From positions 14,012,001 through 14,076,000 of the forward strand of contig NC_073392.1 of the NCBI RefSeq assembly GCF_028641065.1: a DNA stretch of 64,000 nt. Direction: 5' to 3'. The DNA is from Leucoraja erinacea (lineage: Eukaryota). The translations under genes were made by a program, and so were the position numbers. Shown piece by piece: positions 51,450 to 64,000 of this stretch; position 1 is the stretch's first letter, and every line of letters begins with the position of its first letter. Under the pieces are notes generated by a model that made no database searches, was not told where the DNA came from, and saw only the letters and a list, made by a program, of their open reading frames with translations.

Positions 51450-52210
51450 TCTATGAGGTGCTGGTCAGGCCACGTTTGGAGTACTGTCAGCAAATTTGGG
51501 CCACATATCTGCGGAAGGATGTGCTGGCACTGGAGAGGGTCCAGAGGAGGTTTACAAGAATGATGCCAGGAATGAGCGGGTCAGCTTATGATGAGCTTTT
51601 GACAGCACTGGGACACAACGCACTGGAGTTTAGGGTGGACCTCATTGAGGTTGAGGGTGGACCTCATTGAAACTTAGAGGATAATGAAAGACATAGTTAG
51701 AGTGGATGTTTCCATTGGTGGGAGAGTCGAGGACCGGACGTCATAGCCTCAGAATTAAAGGAGCTCTTTTAGAAAGGAGTAAGGAGGAGTAGTGGAGGCA
51801 GATACAATAGTGGCATTTAAGCTACTTTTGTATAAGACAAAGATATGGATTATGGATTATGGGACATGGATTATATGCATGTAGATTATAGTTGGTTTAG
51901 ACTTAAATTTGACAAAGAACCTGTCCCAGTGCTTTACTGCAGGTTTTAGTATCTGATTTCCTCTGACATTCTTAACATTTTCCCTCCCAAGTTTCATCTA
52001 CTTTTATTGGTGGCTGTTTTTTGTTTTGTATACTTACAAGAGAGAGCTAGATAGGGCTCTTAAAGATAGCAGAGTCAGGGGATATGGGGAGAAGGAAGGA
52101 TTGGGGTACTGATTGGGGATGATCAGCCATGATCATATTGAATTGTGGTGCTGGCTCGAAGGGCCGAATGGCCTACTCCGGCACCCATTGTCTATGGTCT
52201 ATTGTCTAAC
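51450..52210 (+). mobile_element. CR1 LINE fragments
   Basis: LVRPRLEYCQQIWATYLRKDVLALERVQRRFTRM; a second 3' end lies at ~52035-52210. Confidence 0.75.
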
Positions 52211-53554
52211 ACTGTTCAACAAAAGGTTTTAGGTTCTGTGGGCTTCTTCACATAATTGTTGTGCTTCAATTACATTTTGGATTATTATCTATTATCTATT
52301 AAATGCTGGAAAAAGAAACCAAAAAAATTATATAACATTTTGATTTAAAACCAGTAATACAATGTGATTTTTAAAGGTATTTATTCATCTTTCGCTTTGT
52401 TTTGTGTATGAAGAGAGATTACTCTGACAACACCCATTCACACCGGCTGAACAATGCGATCACCAACTCAGGTATATCCGCAAGGGTGTTTATTTAATGA
52501 AGTGCAGAACGATGCACCAGGTGACACAGAGAGAACAGATGGTCAGGAGGAGGGAGGAGGAATGAGGAAATGCAGCAGCATCCATCTTTCCTACTGAGAC
52601 AAGAGATCCGGAATTCATTAGTACTGCTTCTAAATGAACCATGCTTGAAAGTATAAATAATTGCTCAAGACATTGCAAGCCTTCCCCTGCACCAGCTGAT
52701 GTTACCTGTACGCACATGATGGATGGGACTTCAAACCAATGGATCACTAAATTATACACAGTAACTCCTTAGGTATTTGAGAAGCAACCTTTGTGAAAAG
52801 AAACCTATGCCAAGTGAATAAACCAGAAACAATCTGCATTCCTTTGCTTAGTGTTTTGTCTTGGCCAACTGATAACAGCCATCACTCCCTACTTAATCTA
52901 TCTTTAGTTTTTAAAATAAGTCATTGTTTATTTTAGTACCACACAAGGACTAGGCTTAGTTCGATTACAATGTTCACATTGTGAAGCTAGTTGCAAATAA
53001 ATAATTCAAGAACTCGTATTTGTTGCTGCATCAAGTTCTCAAGATTGGGCTCCATCAATAAATAGCTACGGTATGTTTACAATGGGTCTATTCTGGATGC
53101 AAAATAACTTATTAGTCATTAAATCTGCCATCTAATCAAACTACTATTGCATCCGTTTCTATTTATTTAATAGATTTTTTAATGTATAGGGCATCAATGT
53201 ACATTTACTGCCACCCCCCAAACCTTCCCTTCTTATTTCCGTTTGGCTTATAGGAATACATTGACTCACATCCATGTGACTTAAGTTACCTCCAGCATTT
53301 CTGCACAATAGATAGAGGATGGCATCATTGAACACACTTTCAAAAAAGTGTATTTTCACAGTTCCAGTTCCAGTTCCAATTAGGAATGGATACCTTCAAC
53401 TGTAGAAACAACCTTGCAATTGTCGACAAAGTCACCAAACTGAATCAAAATCATTTCAACAAATTAAATTGAAATTAGCGCATTAATTTACCATTATCCA
53501 CAATCATCTCTGCTCAAAACTATACAGAGTACTGATTAACTGTAAGTAGAAGAA

Positions 53555-54175
53555 TAGAAACACGGAAAGATAGAAAATAGGTGCAGGAGTAGGCAATTCA
53601 GCCCTTCGAGCCTGCACCGCCATTCAATATGATCATGGCTGATCATCCAAATCAGTATTCCATACCCCTTGATCCCCTTAGCCACAAGGGCCACATCTAA
53701 CTCCCTCTTAAATATAGCCAATGAACTGGCGTCAACTACCTTCTGTGGCAGAGAATTCCAGAGATTCACCACTCTCTGTGTGAAAAATGTTCTTCTCATC
53801 TCGGTCCTAAAAGGCTTCCCCCTTATCCTTAAACTGTGACCCCTTGTTCTGGACTTCTCCAACATCGGGAACAATCTTCCTGAATCTAGCCTGTCCAACC
53901 CCTTAAGAATTTTGTACGTTTCTATAAGATCCCCCCTCAATCTTCTAATTTCTAGCGAGTATAAGCCAAGTCTATCCAGTCTTTCTTCATATGAAAGTCC
54001 TGACATCCAAGGAATCAGTCTGGTGAACCTTCTCTGTACTCCCTCTATGGCAAGAATGTCTTTCCTCAGATTAGGAGACCAAAACTGTACGCAATACTCC
54101 AGGTGTGGTCTCACCAAGACCCTGTACAACTGCAGTAGAACCTCCCTGCTCCTATACTCAAATCCTTTTGCTATG
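53555..54175 (-). mobile_element. Young CR1/HER1 LINE 3' end (open ORF2 C-terminus)
   Basis: ORF 53536-54213: LYRVLVRPHLEYCVQFWSP.LRKDILAIEGVQRRFTRLIP…RGDLIETYKIL…RVVNLWNSLP. Confidence 0.92.
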
Positions 54176-55022
54176 TATATATATACGCACACGCAGACTT
54201 TTTTTGGTGGCATTTACACTACAAACAGAACTCTGTCTGGTTCCAAAATATCAGTATCATGTTTACTCAGCTTACCATCACATCATAATTTTCATTATTT
54301 AAGTTACCTGCACCTCAGATAAAAATGTCAATTGAATTCTGGGGCCCGATGACCCACAATGGGCAGAATTTAACAATGAATTTGATTCATTGTGTTAAAT
54401 CCTATCCCTCAAATCACATTTTTCTCCAGTAGCTGCCTCGTCTCCTGCTGTGCTCTCTCTGGCAGCATTTTGCCCATGAGCCCAGATCCCTGCTCTGCCA
54501 ATCTTATTCCTACCAAACTAGTGTTAAGGATATTTCTCATCTCAAGCCTCCTGTGTTGTCGAAATTTTCTCATGACGTAAGAGGCCAGTTGGCCGATTGT
54601 GTCCAGATTGGCACACATAACAATCCCATTGTTTAAAAGAGTGGAGCAACAGTAATGAGTGATTGCAGATCCACTTCTGGGACCAACAGGCAGAGCATTG
54701 CCTATTTTGGGCGCCATCTTGGAATTTAATTGGAAAGCACACAATCAAAAGCTTTTCACTGAACACGTGACACTAATAAATCACTGCTAATACCGCTGTT
54801 GTTTCCAAACTACACTGGCTCACAGTTAGTGACAACACTACATATTTAAAATACATGATTAAATCTCCATTCATGGTACGGCCTTCTCTATCTCTGTCAC
54901 CTACCCAAGCACTCCTAGCTTTTGAGATCTCCATGCATATTTACGATATTCTGACTCCAGCATTTTTATGAATCTTCTCCGCAGATTTCAAGAACTGCCT
55001 GTTCAGCAGTTGTGATACCATC

Positions 55023-55082
55023 ATGTCGGATAAATGTTCCAACATGTCGGATATTATCCAACATGTCGGATAAATGTTCCAT
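55023..55082. repeat. Short tandem repeat, 3 x ~20 bp (CATGTCGGATAAATGTTCCAA-like)
   Basis: Direct reading. Confidence 0.85.
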
Positions 55083-56454
55083 CGTATTAACATAGTCCCA
55101 CGGCCCTGCTGCCATAGAGCTGCCAACAAATCAGGAGGGGAAAAAGTACAATTCTTCATTCACCTTTTAAAGTATTTCCCTGAACATTCAGTACGTGAGG
55201 GTCCAGATGCATTAGTGGAACCTGAAATATGACCAAACTAGGCAAAAAGAAGGGACTTGTCACCGATTCCTTTTCTGTAGAGATGCTGCCTGACCCAGCT
55301 TTCTGTTTCTATCTTCGGCAAAAAGTAGAAATATATTTTTTTTAAAACATTATTAATTCTGTTGAGGAATTACAATCCACATTCATTCAAATAAATGTAA
55401 ACACCAGAGATTTTGATCAGTAGTAATTATTGTTTTGTATATCTAAAGGTGTTTTACACTGGAATTTTAAATGCATCCGTTTAAGCATCTCCCTCAAGTC
55501 TGCAGAAGAAAACATTAACAGTGAAAAGAACTGGTTCACTAACAGACACATCAGGTATTCTATTCTCATGACGTTTGTGCATGCACGAGAATCTCAAAAT
55601 TGCTGTCAGTTTAATGGTGTAATGATGGCAAACATGGATGATTTTACTGTCAATCCAATGTGACATCCAGGCCAAAATTAATGATACAATATAAAGATGA
55701 AACATTGCCTTCATTCTTTGTCCCACAACAAATAACATAACTGTTCTTTATTATCTGGAAAATGTTAACAATTATGAATGCCCCATGCCCCAAACTATCA
55801 ATAACTGGACGTGCCAGCAAAGATTAACATTTCTGAGCATGGATGACAAAGAAAGCAATGTGGATATCAAGGTCTGGACAAGGCAAAAGCATTTCACAAC
55901 TGCGCCAACAGACAACAAAACTACATGGTACCATCGCTAAGGCAAGTGTATCTAGAGAAGGTGAGAGTCCAGATGCAATTAATAATAATACAATTATGAC
56001 GTTCCATGCGGTGCTGTGCATCCAAGCAAGATACTAAAGGAAGGCTTTATTCATATGGAGCAACAGATCAACAATTTTCATTTTATTTTCAAAATATATT
56101 CAAAGGTACTTATTCTCATACTGAGTGTGTTTATGGAAGTCCCAGGGTAGTACTCTGGAAGTGTAAGATAGCTAAGTGGTTCTGGTGTGTGAAATCACTC
56201 TACATTGAGTGCGTTGATGATTTTAATTTATAAATTGAGCCCAAAAACTTGACTAAAAGGTACCTTGGGAACTGATGGAAGAGTACCACAGGAACTGACT
56301 GAGTGCTTACTTCAATAATTCCAGTTGCTTGAGGGGATCTGAAAACAAAGGCTTCAGTGGTTTGCAAAGTAAACAATAAAGCAATGGCATCATTGTGATG
56401 TGGGCGGCTCCTCAAATGGCTCAGCTGGGAAGGAACAAAGAACAATACAAAGCA

Positions 56455-57360
56455 ATCAGTTTTATTCGTCACTTGCACATAAAGTGCAAGTGAAATGAAT
56501 TTGCCAGCAGCGGTACAATGAAAAAGAACACACAAAACACACTAAAAATGTAACACAAACATCCACCACAGCATTCATCACTATGGTGGAAGGCACAAAA
56601 TTTGGCCAGTCCTCCTCCATTTCCCCCCATGGCCGGGACCTCAACCCTTCATAGCCGTCGCTGCAGGCGTCCAGATGTGCAGACAAGGTAAAAAGTCCAG
56701 GTAAGTCCTGAATCGGTGCCTCCCCACCGGAGACCACGGCTTCAGGTTGGTGTAGGCCGCAGGCCGGAGGTCGGAGATTTAAAGTTCCCGTCGCGCAGCA
56801 GCCAGAAGCACCGCAGACCGCAGGGTCGGCGATCGAAGCTCCCTCCAGGGATCCCTGGTGAGGGACCCCGCTCCTGATGGTAAGTCCACGCCGCGCCTGC
56901 GGTAGAAGTTGGCCGCGGGCCGGTAGTCGGAGCTTCTTCTCCTCCCGGGTCCCCAACGAAGGATCCCAGGCCGCAGACGCCGTGCCAGCTGGAGCTCTGC
57001 AGACAGCGGCTTCAGGCTGCCGCGGGCCAGCGAACGGAGTGCTCCCCTCCGGCAAGTGCTCGCACGCTCCACGCCAAGAATCCGCGCTGCGCCCGCTGCT
57101 GAAGCCCCGGACACGTCTCCGGGAAAGGCCGCACTGATCCTTGCTGTTAGGCCACGGGGAGGCGACATGGAAAAAGTCACCTCTCCATGGAGGAGGCGAC
57201 CAAAGCGGTTTTCCCCTTACCCCCCCACCCCCCCCCCCCCCCCCCCCCATACAAGACAGACAGAGAAACATTAAAAACCCACATTAAGACATAATAAAAA
57301 AACAAAAAAAGTAGAAAGAACTGACACGCTGCTGTCAGGGCGACCAGCTTGCAGCGCCCG
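56455..57360 (-). mobile_element. Non-autonomous retroposon: GC-rich head plus Rex1-like tail
   Basis: On the - strand it begins GGGCGCTGCAAGCTGG, has a CpG-rich body and ends GTGCAAGTGACGAATAAAACTGATTG. Shares AAACATCCAC.ACAG…TG.TGGAAGGC with the 22175-22897 element. Confidence 0.55.
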
Positions 57361-59887
57361 CTACATCTTACAGCATTAATTTATCCTCCATATAGTAACA
57401 AACTAGAATCCTCAATCTGCCTTTTTGAACTGACCAGTGCTCATTCCACTCCACACCATTATATATCTTGCAAGCTCTTAATTCTCTTTGTTACTTGCGT
57501 CGGTATGATCCAGTAGCATTGATAATTCTTCTATACAACATCAGCCAAAAAGTACTTCCCAATAAATGCTGTCCATCACTCAAAGCATTTGTTGGAGGTT
57601 GTCTTTGGGAGAATCAGTGAATTTTCAAACAATATAAGGTGATCTCATTGAGATGTACAGGTTTTTAACAGGGATTAAGGATATTTGTCAAGGGGATGTT
57701 TTGTCCAGTTGGAGAGTCCAGAACATGGGAGAAAGTCTCAGATGTTTCTTTAGGCTTTGTGTTGGAAATCTTTGAAATGTCCTATTTCAGAGAGCTGTGG
57801 ATGCTTGGTTAGGTGTATGCTTTTTAGATCCAAAGACTTTTAGCATTGGAGGAGTTGAAGGATATGGAGATTGGGTGGCAAAGTGGATGAAGCACAGATT
57901 CAGTCATGATATCGAGCAGTACCTGGAGGCATGAATCCTACTCCATCTGCTACTTATGTGCATCGTATATTCTTTGAATGCACACCATTACTCTCACTCA
58001 AATACTTTAGTTCATTGAGGGAGAACATTGGAGGGAGAAGAAGAATGGTATTCTAGCCAACGTCATTAATTCCTGTAGAATTAGTAAATCTGGGGCTCAG
58101 GCAGATTTATTATTCAACCTGACCACTGGAAATGGAGTGATGAATCTCACAAGCAATGAGCAGGAAGCCGTATGGTATACAGAGCAACCAACAATCTGAT
58201 GGAGGAACTCAACGAGTCGAGAGAAATATAGTGGTCGACATTTTGGGTTGGGGACCTTCATAAGTTTGTATGTGATAGGAGCAGAATTAGGCCAATCTGC
58301 CCATCAAGTCTACTCCATCATTCAATCATGGCTGCTCTATTTTCACCTCTCTTCCCTTTCTTCTGCCTTATCCCCATAACCCCTGATATACCAATCAAGA
58401 ATCTATCCATCTCTGCCTTAAAAAATATCCATTGACTTGGCCTCCACAGCCTTCTGTGGCAATGAATTGTACAGATTCACCACTCTCTGACTAAATAAAT
58501 GTCTCATCTCCTTCCAAGAGGAAAGTCCTTTAACTCTGAGGCTATGACCTTTGGTCTTAGACTCTCTCACTAGTGGAAACAATGAAAGACTAATTTAACC
58601 CTCCTCACCTTGATCCACCAATTGCTTGCCAGCTTCTGCATCACCTCTGTCATCTCATCTTTGTATACTGCATTCTTCCCTCTCCTCTTTCAATCCGTAA
58701 GATGGGGCTGTCTTGAGTCTTATATCTCAGGTCAAGCATGGTCAAGGAAAGCTACTGATGACCACCAATCAATCTCTTCCAGTTTGATGAATTATTATTC
58801 CTCCATAGTGACCAAGCCTTGGAATAAGTCCTGAAAGTATCTTGCCCACAGAAAGTCCTCTGGCTTGTGGATTGTGTTGCCCATTCCCTACCAATGCTTG
58901 GGCATTGATAATGTCATTTAACCTTGAGATGTAGTAACTGTTCATGATCTAAGAACTCTGCAGCGAGGGAAGCCAGGCAGAGCAGGAAAGCTGAACGTTT
59001 GTTCATTCTCAATGTTGTCATTGCAGGCAGGCAAAATGGGTGACCTTTGCAAATATGTTTTCAACTGGTAACTTTGTATATTTGTATGCAACCAACTACA
59101 AATTACTTTGGAGTTCTCAAATCATCCAGAGGCCCAAAACCGTTTCTCCACAGTGACTTTAACAGTCATTGATATTGCATCCAGTAAGGATCAGGTCTTG
59201 TTCCAACAAAAGAGAAATGGTAACTTTATTAATTCATAGTTCCCTTTATTCCCAATCAAGGTTATAACGTAGGCACATCCATGTGACTTTGATATCACTC
59301 ATCATTATTAGTAGCATGAAGTCATTCCCTATCATGCATGTTCTGAAGTGGTTTTGAGTGAAAAGCTCCAAAACGCTGGTGGAGCGGAAACACGGGGAAA
59401 GGGATAGATATTTCTAAACTTGGATGGCATGTGACCAGGAATCAAACGTGTTCATTCCCAATATGTGACAGATCTTAATGACCGCTGGAAAATATAGCTT
59501 ACAGATACATTATTCTTTTGAAGTGGAGAGACGGGAACATTGCTCAGAGAAAGATTTTTTCATGATACTACATCATGATAGTACATCATTATCTTGTTAC
59601 ACCTCCTCGATGCAAGAGATCTCTCTCTGACTGCCCCAAGTTGTACTGGAAGCTGGTCTTCTGTGGAAGCATCCGTATTCTCACCGTGGCATGACACCAT
59701 TGATTCTGGCAGATCCAAACTACATCCATCGAGTACAACGAGCTCCCTATCCCCACTTTGCTACCTAAACAAATCTATAAACAATTAAGGATCCCGTTCA
59801 ATTGACTACATACATGATAGCCACCTGCTGCTAGAGTCTGGCTTCCTTTGGATACCTGCTGTGTATTAAGTGCCTGTGTTTTCCTGT

Positions 59888-60190
59888 AGTTGAGTTTAGT
59901 TAAGAGACAGCGTGGAAACAGACCCTTTAGCCCAGCGAGTCGGAGCTGACCAGCTATCCCCGCACATTAACACTATCCTACACACACTTGGGACGATTTA
60001 CAGTTTTAACAATCAAATTTGCCTACAAACCTGTACGTTTAGAGTGTGAGAGGAAACCAAAGCACCCAGAGAAACCCCATGCAGTTCACAGAGAGAACGT
60101 ACAAACTCCATACAGAGAGCACCTGAAGTCAGGATCAAACCTGGGTCTCTGGTGCTGTAGGGCAGCAACTCCACCTCTGTGCCATCGTGT
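59888..60190 (-). mobile_element. HE1-like SINE
   Basis: Family motifs in reverse. Confidence 0.8.
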
Positions 60191-60749
60191 TGGTAACATT
60201 TGTGACAAATGACCATTGCAAGGAGATTGACTTCACCCCTGTGGTATTATTTTCCACAAAGTAGCATAATTATGTCACAGGTAACACATCAATGCCATGA
60301 CTGTGAATCATGCCCAAAATTGTCCACCATTGTCAACTGGGAGTAGAAAAAAATATGCAGTGCACAAATGAATTTCAAGGCGAAAACTTCTAAAGTGTTA
60401 AAGAAATCTCAGAAATGTCTAAGTAACCTCATGACACAGGAACTGTGTACATGTTCAATCCTGGGAGCAGGCAAAAGAACAGCTATGAGTGAAAGTTATT
60501 TATTAGTATATATCCCAGAGTCCAGGGAGGATTCACTTGTATGTTGCCAAGGCTTGGAGAATGTTAGTTACAATGAAAGGCCAGCTAGCAGGGGTTGTGT
60601 TATTCATATTTAAAATGGGTGAGGTGAGATTTAATGCAAGTCTTTAAAATTACAGTATGAGCACTAAAAGGACCATTTTCTTTTACGGAGCTACCTAGGT
60701 GGTATGAATCTAACCTATGATTAGAGAAGAACTGAGAATGTGTTTTGAA

Positions 60750-61050
60750 GGGGCAGCATGGTGAGGTAGAGCTACTCTCTTACAGCACCAGACACCTGGG
60801 TTTGATCCCGACTACGGGTGCTTGTCTATACAGAGTTTGTATGTTCTCCCCGTGACCTATGTGGGTTTTCTCTGAGATCTTTGGTTTCCACCCACACTTC
60901 AAATACAGGTTTGTAGGTTAATTGGCTGGATATAAATGTAAAATTTTCCCTAGTGTGTGTAGGGTAGTGTTAATGTGAGGAGATCGCTGGTCGGTGCGGA
61001 CTGGGTGAGTCGAAGGCCCTTTTTTTGCACTGAATCTCTAACCTAAACCT
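60750..61050 (+). mobile_element. HE1-like SINE
   Basis: Head, core and (CTAAAC) tail. Confidence 0.8.
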
Positions 61051-61212
61051 TGTGCTGATCTGGAACTCACAGGCTGAAAGGGTGACACAGGGAGAAACAT
61101 CAGCATGTTTAAAATGTACTGTTAAAGAACAAAAGTGCCTGAACCATAATGGAGCAACATGGTTAGTGCTACTGCCGAGCTTCAGCTTAGGTGATAATGC
61201 AATACTATTTAC

Positions 61213-61219
61213 CCTCCCC

Positions 61220-61251
<32 letters not shown>

Positions 61252-61252
61252 G
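61213..61252 (+). repeat. (CT)n microsatellite
   Basis: Direct reading. Confidence 0.95.
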
Positions 61253-62632
61253 TCCCCAAAGACTGGAGAGTTGAGGAGAAGGAGCCGCTGGTGAAGTTGG
61301 ACACGCGGAATCAAAGGTGGTCGGGCGAGGAGAGGGATGTGAGTTTGTGGGCCGAGCCGGTCGAGGGCAACGGAGGAGGCCCTGCAGCACCCTGGGCCTT
61401 TTCTGGGCTGACCAGGATAGGGGGGCGTTCCAGTGCACCCAGCATGTGGACCAGATTTTCAACTTTGAACTTTTTCTTGGTGTAAATGGTGCCATAATAT
61501 GGCAATTTATGCACGTGTAAACTATGCAAAAAGAATTTCACTGTGGACTGAATTTCACTGTGGACTGCATGCAAGACAATAAAGAACTATTAAAGAACCA
61601 TTTGAGCCATTGGAGTAATTGCAAATAAAAGCTTTTCACTGTTCCTTGGTACATGACAATAAACTAAACTGAAACTGAGTGTGCATGTCTTCCAAGTTCC
61701 TGTGTGGATTTCCCTCGGGTACTGTGCTTTCCTCCCACATCTCAGAGACACTGTGGTAAATCAATTAGCAACTGCAAATTGTCTTTGTGTGGAAGGGTGA
61801 GGGAAGGTTTGGGGAAAGAGGTGATGTGCATATGACAGGAAGGTGTAGCAGGAAAGGGACTGATATGGATGATGAGCTGAATGGCCTTTTTCTACATCAT
61901 GAGAAATTTGAGATATACGGCTCCCGAACTTTGGAACTGTTTAAATAGAAGTATTTTTCCGGGGCACGGTGGTTCAAGTGATTCCATATCACTGCAGTTC
62001 CTTCAATTGGTGCTCTATTCTTATCCTGGTTTCACAGTCAAGTTCCACTGAAGACAAGTTAATGTCAATGCAATACTCCTTGACTGAGTGACATGCCTGA
62101 AGTGGCAACCCACCAGTGTTCCTATTTTTAAGAACTTGCTCGACTTGCAAATTAATTGCTATTAAAACCAGTCACAGGAAAATTAGCTCAGTTATTAAAC
62201 CTGTTAGCAATGTGATAATTGGTAGTATCTGCCAATCAACCTCTCTGGATGGAGAGTTTACAAGTTAGTCTGTAGTCTCGGTGTTGCTTTTCTGTATCCG
62301 ACTTGACATTGATTTACCCATTCCAATTCATCCTGATTCTCAGTCATTTCTCAATTTATTGTCAGGTTTTATACCTTATTGATTGAAACTGTTGGCATGA
62401 AAGTTACAGACATGCAAAATCCTCTCCAGCTTCTCACACTAGGGCATATAGATTTTGGAGCAAATGTCATACAAATGCAACACAGATGAGATGTTCTGCC
62501 CCAGAAAGCTTTGGACTATTAATAATGCTGAGACAAAGTAGATGTGTGCTTCAATGCTCTGTGGAAGTTTATTTCCAAGTTATGGCGTCCCACTATTTGT
62601 AATAGTCACCTTTTTTTTCCGTCTTGCCATTT

Positions 62633-62932
62633 TGGGTGGCACAGTAGTAAAATTGCTGCCTTACAGTGACAGGGATCCGGGTTTGATCATGACTACGGGT
62701 GCTGTCGGTACGGAGTTTGTACATTCTCCCTGTGACCACGTGGGTTTTCTCCAGGTGCTCTGATTTCCACCCACATTCCAAAGATTGATAGGTATGTAGG
62801 ATAATTGGCTTTCGTAAAATTGTTAAATTGTCCCTGGTGTATCGGATAGGGTTAGTGTACTGGGTGATTGCTGGTCGGTGCGGATTCCATGGGCCGATGG
62901 GCCTGTTTACGCGCTGCATCTCTAAAGTCTAA
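62633..62932 (+). mobile_element. HE1-like SINE, full length
   Basis: Head, core and tail. Confidence 0.85.
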
Positions 62933-64000
62933 TTGACATAGATTAAATCATGTGAAGTTGCTAAATTGGCAAAACCTAGTCAAAGTAAACCAATATTCAG
63001 GAATTATACTTAACAATACATTTTGTAACAACAACAACTTTTAATATTGTGACGAGAAGTCCCAAGGCATTCTGCAAAAATGTTAACAAACGGTGACACT
63101 GTATTTCCTTCCGTCTGCACTGTATAAGTTTTGACCTGGGCAGGACTGATCATTTAGAGTAAGAAAAATAACTTAATTGGCTCCCATCCCATGACCTGAA
63201 TCATTTATTCCTCTACCATCACCAACTCACAGTAGCTACAGTAAATACAATGGAAAAAACGTGCACCTTTTTTCACCTCGTCTGCTCTGCCAGCAGTTCC
63301 CAAACCAGCTGCCAAGAATGACAAGGGAAGATGGCACAGGGGAAGATCAGCAGAATGTCACTCTTCAATCCCGCACTAACCCAACATGGAAATACATTAA
63401 AAAATGTTTCTTCATTGCTAGCGTATCTAAATCCAGAGGTTCACTTCCCACCATTACCATAGACTGCTTAAAAAAGACCCACCAGCACCTTGTCAAGGTC
63501 ATGTAAGAATGAGCGATAAATAATTGCTTTGTCAATGATCTCTAGAAAATTATAAATAAATTAAAATAATATCCCTTCAAACAAATTATTTATTAAGATC
63601 TTACAAATATCCAATTTTAACACATAGTGCAGGATTCATGAGAAAAGCAGAGAAATTACAACATTTAAAATGTATGTAATGATTTGATTGTAGTCATTTA
63701 ATTTATATTGTACCTTTTTAATCCCTTTAATTTTCTGTCAGCGATTCTTTTATACACCAGGACCTGGCTTTTCACTATCGTGGGGGATGCTGTGTACATC
63801 ATCGAATGGAACAACAAGAGATGCTGTGTACTCACTCATCATCGAAGGGAACAACAGAAAGTGCTACTCCATAAAGGCAGCCGGTGTCATTAAAGTCCCT
63901 CACTACCATGAGCACATTCTCATTTTACTCCTTACATCAAGAAGAAGGTACAGGATCCCAAAAACTGCTTTTGTGAGTATTGCTTCTTCCCAACAACCAT

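Noticed and set aside
54409-54744. 111-aa minus-strand ORF as a host exon
   Set aside because: No Ig/FnIII features or convincing splice sites. The many other 60-130-aa ORFs in the track are likewise TE fragments, their antisense frames, or chance.
55023-55082. Three-unit repeat as a CRISPR-like array or p53 site cluster
   Set aside because: Eukaryotic context with no unique spacers; AACATGTCG is only a partial match to RRRCWWGYYY. Best read as a slippage minisatellite.
56311-56338. Candidate minus-strand micro-exon (TTTTCAG|…|GTAAGC)
   Set aside because: It is 28 nt (frame-shifting) with no resemblance to L1-family sequence at this position.
56462-57271. 269-aa ORF
   Set aside because: It lies in a GC-rich repeat where stops are rare, has low-complexity composition and no recognisable domain.

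Overview
Vertebrate genomic DNA, very likely a cartilaginous fish (skate/ray-type repeats: HE1/V-SINEs, CR1/HER1 LINEs, Penelope-derived palindromes); the organism is inferred, not verified. The window is essentially intronic. The only host coding exon I can support is a 223-nt minus-strand exon (13049-13271) encoding part of a fibronectin type-III domain of an L1-family neural cell adhesion molecule (L1CAM or CHL1). The rest is a dense, nested transposon landscape: a Tc1 transposon, a BEL/Pao LTR retrotransposon, fragments of CR1, Rex1/Babar, L1, RTE, L2/Crack-like and Vingi LINEs, PIF/Harbinger-type MITEs and a Helitron 5' end. The standout is a 117-bp TSD-flanked retroposon (36104-36220) inside the BEL reverse transcriptase. 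It consists of a near-perfect 54-nt CPEB3-like HDV ribozyme fold fused to a 3' tail shared with a Vingi LINE 6 kb away, i.e. a candidate ribozyme-headed SINE/LINE pair. Also notable: hammerhead-ribozyme cores in the Penelope-derived palindromes, an old diverged ~430-bp non-coding duplicate (23091-23515 / 29034-29452), a recent ~2.7-kb tandem duplication at the window start, and a perfect 34-bp fold-back at a CR1 5' junction. Repeat boundaries were read by eye and are approximate unless stated.
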